Source: Blastocladiella emersonii ATCC 22665
Taxonomy: Eukaryota; Fungi; Blastocladiomycota
Length of the DNA stretch: 64,000 bases
Reading direction: 5' to 3'
Assembly (NCBI GenBank): GCA_025594325.1
Contig: JANHCV010000008.1
Span: 186,001 to 250,000, forward strand
Below are positions 20,272-32,337 of this stretch, piece by piece. Both the position numbers and the translations under genes were made by a program. Each line of letters opens with the position of its first letter. Position 1 is the first letter of the stretch. Below the pieces are notes generated by a model. That model ran no database searches. It was not told the DNA's origin and worked only from the letters and a program-made list of their open reading frames with translations.

Positions 20272-21900
20272 ATGTATCAACATGAAACTCCATGCAACCC
20301 GCTTCTTAGACCAGCGCCGTCACGCGACGACCGCATCTCTGACGTTTCTTCCCAAACCTTAACCCCATTGTTCCACGCGCCAGCCTCGGCGTCTGATCGC
20401 CTGGCGCTTCGCAAAGGGTTGCTGCTGCGTCTTCTTGACGCGCGCGCTCGGTCCGTGCACCTGATCTTGCGTGGGCGGGATCCCTCACTCGGCCGCGACG
20501 AGCTTGCTGTCTCACAATGTCAACTCTCGTCCACCACCGCTCTTATGGACGAGCTCGGCTCGCGCTTAACGCTCCTTGAAAGTTCCCCAGACCCTGAGCG
20601 TGTCGCACCGCGAGTTGAGGGCGTGGGCGGCGGGCCATCCGCGCTGCCCCTCAAAGTTGCGCGTTCCACTCCCACCCTCACAGTTGTGCAGGAGCGCTCG
20701 TCGCGCAGCATCTCGGGCTCAAGTGAAACTTCCGCGTACGAGCTGCGCCGATCTCGGTCTCGCAGCGAGCGCCATTCTCGTAACCGCACTCGCTCTCGCT
20801 CTCGATCTCCCGACCACTCGCCCCGCGCTCGACGTCACTCTCCTCAGCCGCAGAACGTGTCTACGTCACCTACAAACAGTCTTGCGCGCCCAGCTCGTCC
20901 CTTTTCGCCAGCGCGGCAGCTGTCGATGAAATATTTCCGCATCTTGTTCGAGCACCTGCGCAGGGTAACCCTGCGGTTTCAAGGCAACAGTTTGACGCGT
21001 TCGACAGACGATCCGCACCAGTATCTCGCATGCCTACAACGTGCCACGTCCTCGCCCGACTGCGCCCCGCAGCCGGTCTCCCTCGCGCTCGCGCTGCTTG
21101 CGTCGAGCGAGAGGGTGCCGCGGACCGTCCACCACCTGTACTAGGTGTTTCTTCGCACCGACATGGCAGACGACGAGGCCGCTCAAATCTTTCTCGATTC
21201 GGTCGATCCCGTCGACCCCGCGCGCCGGGAATGGGCCGCGCGGTGGCTCAATCTCGCGCGCACGCCGGGCACCCGGGTCGCCGATTTCTGCGCGCGGTTC
21301 CACGCGCTGCTCGAGGAGGCGGTGCCTGGCGGCGCGGACAAACTCGAGCGCACCTGGGCCATCAAGGTGGGCTTTGCCGAGCGCTAGCTGAGCGTCCTGG
21401 ACCCGAAACCCGGGCAGCTGTACGCGATGATCTGGGATCCGACGGAAACGGTGGCGCACATGAGCGAGGCGCTTTGCGACGCGACGTTTCCGGTGCACCA
21501 TCCATCCGCGGTCTCGACGCACCGTCCTGGGTGCTGGTTCTGCTTTGACTTTGTCCGCTTGTGCCCGCCCTCAAGCCACTACCACCCCAAGAATGCGTGC
21601 CCGCTCATCATGCACCCGCGCGCGCTGGGTGAAGCCGTGATCGCGGCTATGCGCGCTGCAGCGATCGATTGGCGGAGCTGCAAGCGCACAGCGCGGTCCA
21701 CAAAGGATGCACTTGGAGACCTTCATGCCCGCTTGCACCGAGCGACCAAGAAACCCGACGCGGTGCGGCTTGGGGAAACTGTGCTTCACGCAGTACTCGG
21801 CTCGGCTCGGCACGGCACTCGTTGCACATCCAGCGGCGACTGGTCTGCAGGATGGGGTCCGTTCTGGATGAGGCCGCGTCGTAGAGATAATATAGTTGAT
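20272..21900 (+). pseudogene. Family copy C (RS tract before the capsid-like domain), two in-frame TAGs; 3' end approximate
   Basis: ORFs 20032, 21145 and 21427 share one frame (TAG 21142-21144 and 21385-21387). TPCN, STDDPHQYL, LARTPGTRVADFCARF and CWFC-x13-H-x4-C are present. Confidence 0.7.
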
Positions 21901-22068
21901 CTGTCCGGACTGATGCGGAGCAGGAGACAGGCCTCGCGGCGTGCGTGTGTCGCGCCGCGTCGGACGCGTCGGATCGAACGTGGCTTGGGACGTGAGACAA
22001 TCTATCACGGGGAGGCCGGGGCGCCACAACGGCCCCGACTCGCTTCCGCTCTCGGCTTTCTGTTCATC

Positions 22069-23307
22069 ATGCACGCAACAATGGACGCTCAGGGATGGAA
22101 CCCGATGCAATACGCTTGGAACCTGCAGCCCAACGGATCACAGCGAGCGGCCAGCGCCGAGGCGAACTTTGCCGTTTCGCCGCTGATCGGGGTCGAGGCT
22201 TCGCCGGCAGTTGCGGGCCATAACGGTCCGCCTGGGTTTCTTGCTCCTCTGCTTCAAACCGTCGACGCAAAGCCGGCCTTGACGCAACTTCTCCCCGCGC
22301 CGCCCGTCGCTTCCCCCGCGAGCGACTTGGCACTTATCCGTGACCTGCGCGACCTCGTCCTTCCAACACTTGGCTCGCCCGACGTCGATCCTGCGGCCTG
22401 GTTCGATATCGTCGAGGCCGACTTGACTGCCCTCGGCGTCCCGCAGCGCCTTTGGCACTTTGCAGCGCTTCATCACGTCCAGCACGATCTCGCTCGTCGA
22501 CTCCGCGTTCGCGCGCACCAGCTCAACTCAACCGGTGCTGACCTGTGGCGCTCTGGCTTCCGCGCGGCTGTCCTCGAACTCGTCGCGCCTGCCACACCTT
22601 CGCCAGTAACTGAGTCCAAGCTTATTGTTCCCGACGCTTTGCCCAATGCGCAAGGCAATCACAACCAAGCATCGGCGGGTTCAATCGACTTGAAAAACGC
22701 TCCATCGGACGCGTCGCCCGTCGAGCCCGCGGAAGCTTCTACAATTCAACTATCCGACGTTTCCGTTGAACTTGCGGCCTCGAGCGGCTCTGCCATCGAC
22801 GGCAATAATACGGCGTGCGCTGCCGAGCCTCAGACCAAAGCCGAGCCGCTTGACACAGTTTCCGACGAGTTCTGGGTCGACGAGTACAAGGATACTTCCA
22901 GCTCGGTTTCCAACTCGGCCGATGCCCGCGACACCGCCAGAAGTTCGTCTATTTCGACTCTCCCAACGCTCGAGTCCATGCGCGCCGTGGCGGTGTCCAA
23001 GTATCTCTCGTCCACTACCACTCTGACGAGCGGTCCCACTTCGCAACATTCCGCTCCGTCTCGGCGCAACGCCTCGACTGGCAAGTCGAAAGCTGCCGGC
23101 GCTCGTGCGTCCAAACCGGTTCCCGCGCGCCCCAAGACCGCTTTCATGTATTTTGCCGAGGAAATGCGAGCCGTGGTCCAAGCGTCGCTCCCTGGCGAGA
23201 ATCCCGACATGGTTGACCGAACCATTCGCGAGTGCTGGCGCGGAATGAGCGAGAGCGAGCGAGCGTCGTACCACATCCTCGCCGAGATCGGGACTGGGGG
23301 CGATTGA
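22069..23307 (+). CDS. Gene D: Gag capsid-NTD-like domain fused to a C-terminal HMG box
   Basis: LPTLGSPDVDPAAWFDIVEADLTALGVPQRLWHFAAL...LWRSGFRAAVLE, then an S/T/P linker, then PARPKTAFMYFAEEMR...WRGMSESERASY. Confidence 0.65.
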   Translation: MHATMDAQGWNPMQYAWNLQPNGSQRAASAEANFAVSPLIGVEASPAVAGHNGPPGFLAPLLQTVDAKPALTQLLPAPPVASPASDLALIRDLRDLVLPTLGSPDVDPAAWFDIVEADLTALGVPQRLWHFAALHHVQHDLARRLRVRAHQLNSTGADLWRSGFRAAVLELVAPATPSPVTESKLIVPDALPNAQGNHNQASAGSIDLKNAPSDASPVEPAEASTIQLSDVSVELAASSGSAIDGNNTACAAEPQTKAEPLDTVSDEFWVDEYKDTSSSVSNSADARDTARSSSISTLPTLESMRAVAVSKYLSSTTTLTSGPTSQHSAPSRRNASTGKSKAAGARASKPVPARPKTAFMYFAEEMRAVVQASLPGENPDMVDRTIRECWRGMSESERASYHILAEIGTGGD

Positions 23308-23698
23308 TGTCCTCGCGTGCACGCGGAGGCGTGGACCGTCGACTTTGTTTTCGTTGATGTTAAATGCTTGATGTTTCTCTACCTTGATTTAATATACTCG
23401 CATGTTTCCGAACGGGCCCATGGCTGTGCAGCATACCAGATGATGAGTCTATGTTCTGCGGGCGACTCGTACATCATCCTGGTCGTGCGCACCGACACGA
23501 GGTGGAATGAAGAGAACATACGCGTGAGCTGTTATCGATTGAGGAGCCGAGTCGCTGCGCGCGAGGGCCCTGGTCGCGTTGCGCCACAGCGTGTGTGAGA
23601 CATGAGACATGGCATCACGTGGCGCTCGAACATCAAACACAAGCCGCCTCCCCTCGCCCGCCGTCTTCTCCCCGGCAACCCCTCACACACACGCAGCA

Positions 23699-25925
23699 AT
23701 GGAAACTCATGGATGGGACCCTATGCAATACGCTTGGACGCCGTGGCCCGACGGGTCGCTGCTTGCGGCGGGCGCCGGGGCGGCACTCGGTCTGTCGCCT
23801 CAGGCCGCCGGGCCGCAGCTCGACGCTTTTGGTTACGCCGCCCCGCCGTCTGCGCCTCCCGGCTTCAGCTCGCTCTTGAATCAACCCAACACGTCAGCAC
23901 CGAACACGGCGCACGCTGACGAAACCTCCCCGTCATGCTCTTGTGCAACCGACGTTGCCGCGCTTCGCGAGGCGCGCAAGCTTATCCTGCCCGCACTTGG
24001 TTCCGCCGACTTTGATGCCGATCCCGCGAAATGGCTCGAGATCCTCGAGGTCGACTTGGCTGCGCTCGGCTTGCCCGAGCGCCAGCGGCACCTTGCTGCG
24101 CTTCATCACGTTCAACCTGAGCTTGCGCGCCGGCTTCGCGTGCGCACTCACCAGCTTGCTTCACCCGGAACCGACTTGTGGCACGACGGCTTTCGCGCAG
24201 CTGTTCTCGAACTTGCGCCGGCTACTCCTTCGGTGCACGCAACCAACGTGCCCGCGGAGTCCGAACCCGACTCGATTGCATCCTTGCCGAGTCTCGATCC
24301 TGTCGAATCGAGCCCGAACGTAACGCCGACTCACGATACGCCGCTGCCCTCGAGTGAAGATCACGTCGATGTTTTGTTATCGTGTGAAGCTTCGCTCGAG
24401 TCCGCGACACGCTACGAAGACGATAAGCCGTCCTCGATTTTCCCGGTCCCCGAACCAACTAGCTTTGACGACTCTACCGATGTTGGCTCGTGCGCAGTTC
24501 AACGGGACGTCACGAGTGCTGATGATAGCAGTTTTGTGCCCGCTTCCGTCGAGTCACCTGAGCCGACGCCCACTGCCCAAGATTCCGCGGCCGATTTGCT
24601 ATTGTTGGAGACGACCACCTTGGCAGTCGAACTTTGCACGAAAGCCATGAACTTGCCGCGCGCGGGTGTCCCTGGCTTGCACGCGTCCGCGTCTGATTCG
24701 AATGCAGCTGCCGTCAGCGACTCCGCAGTCCCAACTCCCGTGCTCTCTCACAGCTCGGACGGCAATTCATCCGACGCTGGCGACTCGGACGCGTCGTTGC
24801 CCGACTCTTCTGTATCGCTTCCGACGCAAATCGCTGAACTGCAAGCGGTTCCGCTTGCTCCTCCGTCACCCGCCCGAACTGAGGCCGTTGAGAACATTCG
24901 CGTGAATTTGGTCGCCGAGCGGATCCTCTTCCTCGCGAGTTTCTCTTCTCAAAGTTTGGCTATCATGCCGGCCCAGGCCACCATTCTCGACGTGTACGAA
25001 CGTTTCAAGCTCACTAAAATGAGCTCTCCCGCGTATTATTGGGTGATGACCGACGTGGAGCTCGGGGCCTTGGGACTCAGCGGGTCTCTTGGCCCCGCGG
25101 GCCTCATCGCTGACGCGAACACGTCCATTTCGCTGCTGGCCAAGCCGATTCCACGACAGTCGCGTGACGGGAGCTCGGTCGTTGCTCAGCTCTCTATTTT
25201 CCGTATCGAAGGCGAGACGCCCGAGCATATCGCGGCCGCACTTGCAGCCGATCCGCCCTATACTTCTCTCAAACTCCGCGAGCAGACCAGCATCGTCTCG
25301 TCGCGACTCATGCTCGCCGTCAAGCTTTACTCGAGCGCGACGCGGGTGCGGTACGTCAGCACCGTGTGGGTTGACTGGAAGGACACGCCGTCGACCTTGA
25401 TCTGGACCGCCCTCGCCAAGAACTTGTTGGGTAAACGCGATTGCCTTTGCGCGAAGTCGCTCTTCGCTTCGCTGCTCAACGTGTCCGAGGAGCGGGGCAC
25501 CGCGGCGCCGCGCTCGCTCAACGCCAAAAAAGTCGTGGCGGTCGCTCAACGTGCGGTTCGGCGCCATGATCGTGCTCGAGTTTGGCACACCCGATTGCGT
25601 CGGCCTCTATCACGCTCTCCCGCCGTGCGAATTCCATGTTGGCGGATCGGGTTTCTTCGTCTCAACAGGCAAGTCAACAGGTTCCGTTGCGGTCGAACAT
25701 GCTCCACTTGCTGTCAAAGGTTTCTATCATCCCGACAACATGGGCCTCGCTGTCCCGTGGGCCATTGACGCGTTGATTCTCGGCCAAGCTCAACTGCCAG
25801 TCCCTGAGCATGTGACGCAGTGGTCGGCAAATCTCGACCACTACCACGGCTTTCGCGAGCATCTGCGTATTCTCAAGGAGTGTGGGACTTCGCCGGACGT
25901 GCTTTTGAAGCTGTTTGGTCAATAA
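23699..25925 (+). CDS. Gene E: paralog of D with the same N-terminus and a different C-terminal domain; frame change near 25550
   Basis: METHGWDPMQYAW matches D's MDAQGWNPMQYAW; DPAKWLEILEVDLAALGLP...LWHDGFRAAVLE. Continues in ORF 25551-25925. Confidence 0.55.
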
Positions 25926-26374
25926 ATCTCTAGTTTATCGCGACGATGGTGCCGTCTCGTAGTTTCTGAAAGTGGCGCGCGATTCACGGCCCACGACGAA
26001 GTCGCGAAACGAGACCCGCTCGCGCCGCTCATATCACATGATTCCTTGACGCGAATCGCACCGAACACAATGCTCTCCTTGTCGCTATTTACCGTGGCCG
26101 CTCAAGAGTTGTCTCTGGTCGCTGAATATCAAAGCTGATCGCTGTGAGCCAATGCGGTCAAACCTGCGCAACGCTGCCGCACGCATGCGAATCGAACGTC
26201 CGCTGGTACGCGTATTAAGCAAGGTGAAGTAAGATCAGAGAGAGGGATATTGTATTCGCGCTTCGCCCGCGCATCAAATTTGCGAGCTAGCTGGACAGGG
26301 ATTCGAGCGATGCACGCCCACAACGGCCGCGTCGCAACGACCGCGACTGCTCGCCAGCGTGCGCGCCGGACCGC

Positions 26375-27256
26375 TTAGTAGTGCTTAGCAACCTTGGTCG
26401 GCTTGCACTTCTTGGTCTTGCGCGAGTGCGTGGGCTTGGCGGGGGCGGGGGCGGGGGCAGGGGCAGGGACCGGGAAGACGGGGGCGACGGGCTCGGGGGC
26501 CGGCGCGGGCCCGGGGACGATCGGCGTGGGCGCGGGAGCGGGGATCACGGGGTCGGGGTTCTTCGGCGCGGGCGCGGGGACCGGGGCGGGGGCGGGAGCG
26601 GGCGTAGGGGCCGGGTTCGGGTTCGGGTTCGGGTTCGGGTTGACAGGCGTGGGCTTCGGGTCGACGGGAGCGACGGGGATGGGCGGCTCGCGCGGGTCGA
26701 CGTTGGTCGGGGTCGGGTTGATGGGCGAGGTCGCCGTGGCGGTGGTCGTGGTCGTGGACGTCTGGGTGGTCGCCGAGGAGGTGGTCGAGGACGTCTGGGT
26801 GGTCGCCGAGGAGGTGGTCGTGGTCGAGGACGTCTGGGTGGTCGCCGAGGAGGTGGTCGTGGTCGACGCGGTCGACGTGGAGGTAGGCGTCGTCGTGGTC
26901 GTTGACGTGGACGTAGGCGGCGTGGTCGTCGTTGACGTGGACGTAGGCGGCGTGGTCGTCGTTGACGTGGACGTAGGCGGCGTCGTCGTCGTTGACGTGG
27001 ACGTAGGCGGCGTCGTCGTCGTTGACGTGGACGTAGGCGGCGTCGTCGTCGTTGACGTGGAGGTAGGCGGCGCCTTGGTCGTCGACGTGGACGTAGGCGG
27101 CGGCGTCGTCGTGGTCGAGGACGTCTGGGTGGTCGCCGAGGCGGTGCCGGTCGACGACGACGTGGCGACGGCCGTGATGTTGTCGTCGCGGATGGGCGCG
27201 GCCTGGGCCAGGACGGCGAGGACGGCGAGAAGGACGGTGATGGCGGAGATGCGCAT
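26375..27256 (-). CDS. Secreted S/T/P-rich mucin-like or cell-wall protein
   Basis: Signal peptide MRISAITVLLAVLAVLAQA, PPTSTSTTTT 30 bp repeats, NP and PA tracts, basic C-terminus. Confidence 0.85.
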   Translation of the reverse strand: MRISAITVLLAVLAVLAQAAPIRDDNITAVATSSSTGTASATTQTSSTTTTPPPTSTSTTKAPPTSTSTTTTPPTSTSTTTTPPTSTSTTTTPPTSTSTTTTPPTSTSTTTTPPTSTSTTTTTPTSTSTASTTTTSSATTQTSSTTTTSSATTQTSSTTSSATTQTSTTTTTATATSPINPTPTNVDPREPPIPVAPVDPKPTPVNPNPNPNPNPAPTPAPAPAPVPAPAPKNPDPVIPAPAPTPIVPGPAPAPEPVAPVFPVPAPAPAPAPAKPTHSRKTKKCKPTKVAKHY

Positions 27257-29421
27257 GGTGGTGCGTGGCGGATGTCTGTCTATCGGGCTCTATACAGCGG
27301 CTCGGTCTAGGCGCTCCGTCTCGTCTTGGAGAGCGAGGGCGCGGCGGGAGGGCGCGCGAGCTTTATACCGGTCCGCGAGCAAGCGGGCGCCAAGCGACAC
27401 GGATCACGCAAGCGCGCGGCCGCAAACGTGGCGACGCCGTGGCGGCGGCGAGCGAGCGAGTGAGCGAAAACAAGGGCGAAGCGCTGAAACGATCCGATGC
27501 GGACAGTCGCGAGGTGGCCCACGCTGGTCAGCACGCTGGTCGCCCTCCGTTTGCAACGCTCCTCCGCGCCAAATCACGTCACGCCCGCTGCCCAACTCGT
27601 GTCCAGCCCCTGATCCGTCACCCGCTACTAGTATCGCGCTCTTCTTGAAGGACCTCACGCGTCCGATCGGCTCTCAAGCGGGCAGACCGCGAGGCGGGCG
27701 GCGCGAAGCGCGGGGACGTCCACTGCAGCCGGGGAGAGCTGCGCGGCGCCGACGCATGGATACATTCGATGCCATGTGTGCGTGACCGATTGCATGTGAG
27801 CGTCGTCCCCGACGTTGCGAGCAAACGGCCCGCCGGCGGGCCACGCGCGCGGATCTGCCCAAGCGCGCGAGCCCTCGCCAAACCGCGACGTGGCGCAAGC
27901 CGACGCCCGTCACGTGCCGCTCACATGATATCCCGGCGCGTCTCGCAGGCTGCCTCGCGCCGCTCGTCGACGCGTATCTCCAGTCTCTGCTTCTGTAACG
28001 CAGACAAAGGATGCGGTGGGACGACATCGCGCGTCAACAGCTGAAGACATTTGAGGAAACGGGTCCATATAGGTGAAGCGAGCGGCGTATTGACTCGTCC
28101 CTGTCGGACGTTTTCCTCAGTCACTCAGAGCGCTCTCTATCGACGGCTACGCGAGCGACTCCATAACGCCCAAAAACTCTTGCGTGCACGCATCCGCCTC
28201 GTCGTCAGTCCGTGCGAGGTGTGAAACCGCGCGTGCCGCACCAAGACCTTGGTGACAGTCGGGTGCGGCAGGAACGTTCTACCGAGCTCGACGCGCGCTG
28301 AGAACAAGTCGCGTCGCGTGTGTCAAGGGTTGTGTGCGCATCGGTCCAGCAGCTCACCATCTTGGTGGGCGTGACCTCGCAAGGGGACCGCGTCACGCGG
28401 GTGTAATACAGGTTCAGCCGCTGGCGGTCAGCGATGAGGTCGTGCGGCGAGCGCGTAAAGAGAGGCATCTGGCTTGCGCCTTGGCCGTCACGCGTCAGAA
28501 CGGCGGTGATCTCGGCGGCGATGGCGAAAAAAGTAATCGCGTAGCAGCTGGATCACCGCGTGCACCGCCTCGCTCGCATCGTCGTTGGGCATGGTCAAGT
28601 CTCACTGTTGAAACGTCTACCGCAAACATGTACGCCTGGCTCATTGAGCACGGCTGGGATCTCAGGACAAGGACATGTGGCACCGTCGGCGGGTAGTGTG
28701 TACCACGGTACGCCATTCGCTCGATCTGTTTCTCGCCTTGCTCGCCACGTTTGATCGCGCGGTGCGCGAGTCGCACATGGCAGACAGACGCGAACTTCAT
28801 CATCACGCTTTGCGCCTCGCGGACATAATGCAGCTGCCACACAGTCGCGTAGTGGAGCTCTTGTGTGGGGCTTGGTTGTCTGATAGGGATGAGCTCATGA
28901 TGTACGGTTGCGACTAGCAGTCTAAGAAAGGTTGACGCTCATATCTTAACAGCGAACAATGTAACCTTCTGTTCACAACGCCATCGCGCGTCGTGGCAGC
29001 GATGTTTGACGTGGAACCATGGCTCTCTCTCTTGATCCTTGTGAGGCTTGAGTGCGGCGTGGACGGTACCTGGGTGACGCATCGCCTCGTGTTGTTTGAG
29101 TCCCGTAACTCGCTCAACCTGTTCTTCGCGCAGATCGCCACATCCAACTGCGCATCGCGCGAGCCGCGACACAAGAATCACCATCACTCCAAGCGAGCCA
29201 AAGCCGCGGCTCCATCATTCTTGCCCAACAACGGCGCGCTGCTCAGCTGCTGAGGTTTTTGACAGCAAGTCTCGATCTCATACCGTTGGTGATATGATAC
29301 TTGAGGCAAAAACGCAAGTTATAATAAACTCACAATACTTCCTTCTTTCATCGTGTCTCAAGTGCGGGACAGTCCCGCTCGTTGCATCTATGACGCCTAC
29401 TCGCGGCCGCTGCTGAACTGT

Positions 29422-31578
29422 TCAGAGCAGCTCGAGCATGACCATTCCACGCAAAATGCGCTTGCCGGCCACCTGCGGCAGCGACGTGCTACGCGGCGCT
29501 CGTGCAGTGTACTGGTTTGGGCGAGTGCGCGGAATGCCCCAGGTTGGCGTACGCTGGTCGGTGTGCGCAATCATTCGCGCCTCGGTCATGCTGCTGCAAG
29601 CTAAAGCCGGCACAGTGCACCGCGAATACGTAAGGAAACACACACGTTCAAGGACGGTTGCTCGCTTGTCAACGTAAAGCGCGCCGAGTTCATCTGGCGA
29701 GCGAGTCTGCCTACAAATCCGTGGTTTTAAGGTGAGCGAGCCTTGTTGAACTAAATGGTTATCACAGAAAACGTACAGCAAAATTCCGCGCCGCGGTTGG
29801 TCGTCCTTTGGCTTTGGGGCCACGCGCATCTGGACCGATCGGCCGCCGAAAAAGACGGTTGGTCCCGAGCACGTCGCTGAAAAGTCATCGTTGACCTCAA
29901 ACGAGAATGGAAGTCGCAAGCGGTGCCGCCGAACAGCCGTCATCGAGGCAACGGTCGCGTCATTCATTTTGCGCAGCGACTGAGTTTCGTTGCCGCTTTC
30001 GGTCGATCCATTCCCCAAACCGACACTAGAATCGTCAAGCCAACTGGGATCAACCAACGGCTCTGGATCGTTGGGCGGTTCGGGATATCCAGTAACGAGA
30101 AGGCGATCCGCGCTCGGATTGGCGAGGGTGACAGCGTTTTGGAGCAAGTGCGCATCGAACGCAATGGAGCGGACCCCCGATGCAAAAATGGGGTCGCGCA
30201 CGGCGAGAGGGGACTCGAGGACCTGGACAAGCTCTTGGTGGTTCATCATGCTGAAAATGACGGCTTGGAGAATATTGGACGGGGCGACGTTCATCTCGCT
30301 GAGGAACTGGTAGCGGGTGAGCTCGTCCGAGGAGTAAAAGTTGGGGCCCAAGACGACGCGGCGAACGAGCTCGCGCGAACTTTGAGCAAGAATGGCACGC
30401 GTGAGAGGATGCGGTCCAAGGAACTGGAGATGCTCGACCGTGACGCGCAGAAGCGACCGGATCGACAGCGGGAAAACGCATTCCGGGTCGTGGACCATCG
30501 CAAGTACGCGGACCGCAAGGGATGGGAACGGATCATTAGCGAGGTCGGCCGCCGAAGATGAAGCAGAGAGTCCGTTGGTATAAGCTGCAGCACAAATATC
30601 GAGCAGACGCGGTATATCTAACAAGTCAACGTCAGTTGCGCGCTCCACAATCAAGCACAACGTGCGACGTACCAAAGTAGCTCGCAGTCTCGACGGTGTC
30701 AAGGAAAGTGCTCGTTGAAATCCGCGAGGTGAGGTGCTTGGTGCAGCCGCCGTACAGCGCAACGAGGGCCGTTTCCCAAGCGAAGACAGTGCGCGATGCA
30801 ACAGCTCCTTCATCGTCGTCGCCGCCGTTGCTGTTAGGTGACACGGAGAACTCGAGACGGTGCTGGCAATCGTCGTTGGGTAGGTGCCAAGCGTCGCCAA
30901 AGAGCGCGGCGAAATAGGGGCTCTGGCCAAGCACGACTCGGTGAAGCGCGTAGGTGCGACCGTGGAGCACGATGGTGATGTCCGACTGCTCGCCGCTGAC
31001 CGCCTTCAGTTGGAAGTAGCGGACGAGCGGAGGGTGCTGCTTGGTGCACTCGCATTCGCAGAGCGGGTTGCAACAGCTTCGTCGTCCGTCGGCTCCAATA
31101 TCGGGCCAGCAGAAGCGGATGAGTCCTCGTTGTCGTTGGTACGAGTATTGCTCACGGTAACGGCTCCATTGTTGTCGAGCTCGTCCGAGCCCGGACTCGT
31201 GGTCGGGTCACTGGCAGACGCTTCTTCGCCGCTAGACTCGTCGGATGCATCGTCGCTCACATCGGATTCATCGTCGCTGCTATCGTTTCCAAATTCGCCC
31301 GATAGCGCAAAGTCAAGTGCAAACGAGCCGCCATCCACAGGCGCGCGCCACGCGTCGTTGAGCAAGGCCGCGAAGAACGGGCTCTGCACGAGCACGGCGC
31401 GATGTAAGGCGTATGTGCGCCCATGAAGCGAGACGGTGATGTCCGACTGGTCGCCCGAGACGGCAAGTTTCTGAAAGTGGCGGACGAGCGGCGGGCACTT
31501 GGCCGCGCACTCGCACTCGGTCGCGAGCGTGTCCTTGAAGGACAGCGGCTTTACATCAGTTGCATCGGGTTGGTCCAT
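29422..31578 (-). pseudogene. BTB/POZ protein with duplicated BTB, BACK-like and MATH-like regions; two frame changes
   Basis: SDITVSLHGRTYALHRAVLVQSPFF, then an acidic linker and a second SDITIVLHGRTYALHRVVLGQSPYF. Frame changes near 31060 and 30640. Confidence 0.7.
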
Positions 31579-32005
31579 GTTATATGAAGTGGCAGATAGG
31601 GAGTGAGAGCTTGAGCGGACGAGCCTCTATCAAATTTGTTGGCATGATCGCGGACTTACGTGTCTCCCACCAAGCCGTGCAGCCGCCTGGACTCCTCAGG
31701 AGTGAACGTCAGTTTATTTCTCCTATTTTTCTGCGTGTGTAGCCTCTTTGAGATACTGACTGACTGCGAATATGCAGCTTCAATCACAAGCAACCGATAG
31801 GGGCACCTACTGGGCAGCCCTGGCATCGCGATGGGTCTCGTGGGCGAATGACATGACGATAAAGGTGTCTATAATCAAAGTGTTGACTAGTTATCGGGTG
31901 CGGCGATGGCTGACAGACGGACCAGCGCAAGACGCGCTGCGCCACAACGCCACATCACATGATTGCACAAAATGAAGGGCTGGGCGTTGCGCCAGGGGGG
32001 CTAAG

Positions 32006-32337
32006 TGGAGCCGTTGCGGAATTCGGCCGTGGCCCGAATTTCGCGGCACGTGTCGCTAGCTGGCGTGAACACGCGACGCGTCGCCGCCGCCAGCTTGAGG
32101 GCTTGCCCGCGGCCTGCCACCCCTCTCGCTGCTCGCGCGATCCGGGCGACAGCGCAACCCCAGGCCCGAACTTCCAGGCCTCGTGTTGCGGTCGCGGCTG
32201 AAATGAGCGGGGTGTGACGGGCGTGGCAGGCCGCCGCCGTTGCAGCAAGTCAGCGGCGGCGACGCGTCGCGTGTTCACGCCAGCCAGCGACACGTGCCGC
32301 AGAATTCGGGCCACGGCCGAATTCCGCAACGGCTCCA
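32006..32337. mobile_element. MITE-like element with ~92 bp terminal inverted repeats
   Basis: 32006-32097 is the near-exact reverse complement of 32246-32337; non-coding spacer; duplicated CAGGGGGGCTAAGTG in the flanks. Confidence 0.7.

Noticed and set aside
21427-23307. 626 aa ORF as one gene
   Set aside because: It is an in-frame run-on of the 3' part of copy C into gene D, whose own start is fixed by homology with gene E.
14477-23307. HMG-box genes as a mating-type (sexP/sexM) locus
   Set aside because: The first box looks HMGB-like, and the triose-phosphate transporter and RNA helicase flanks known from Mucorales are not present.
26394-27785. 463 aa Val/Gly-rich plus-strand ORF
   Set aside because: Antisense shadow of the secreted T/P-rich gene.
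28000-29260. Possible degraded gene between the mucin-like gene and BTB1
   Set aside because: Short protein-like fragments occur on both strands, but I could not support a continuous frame or family motif.
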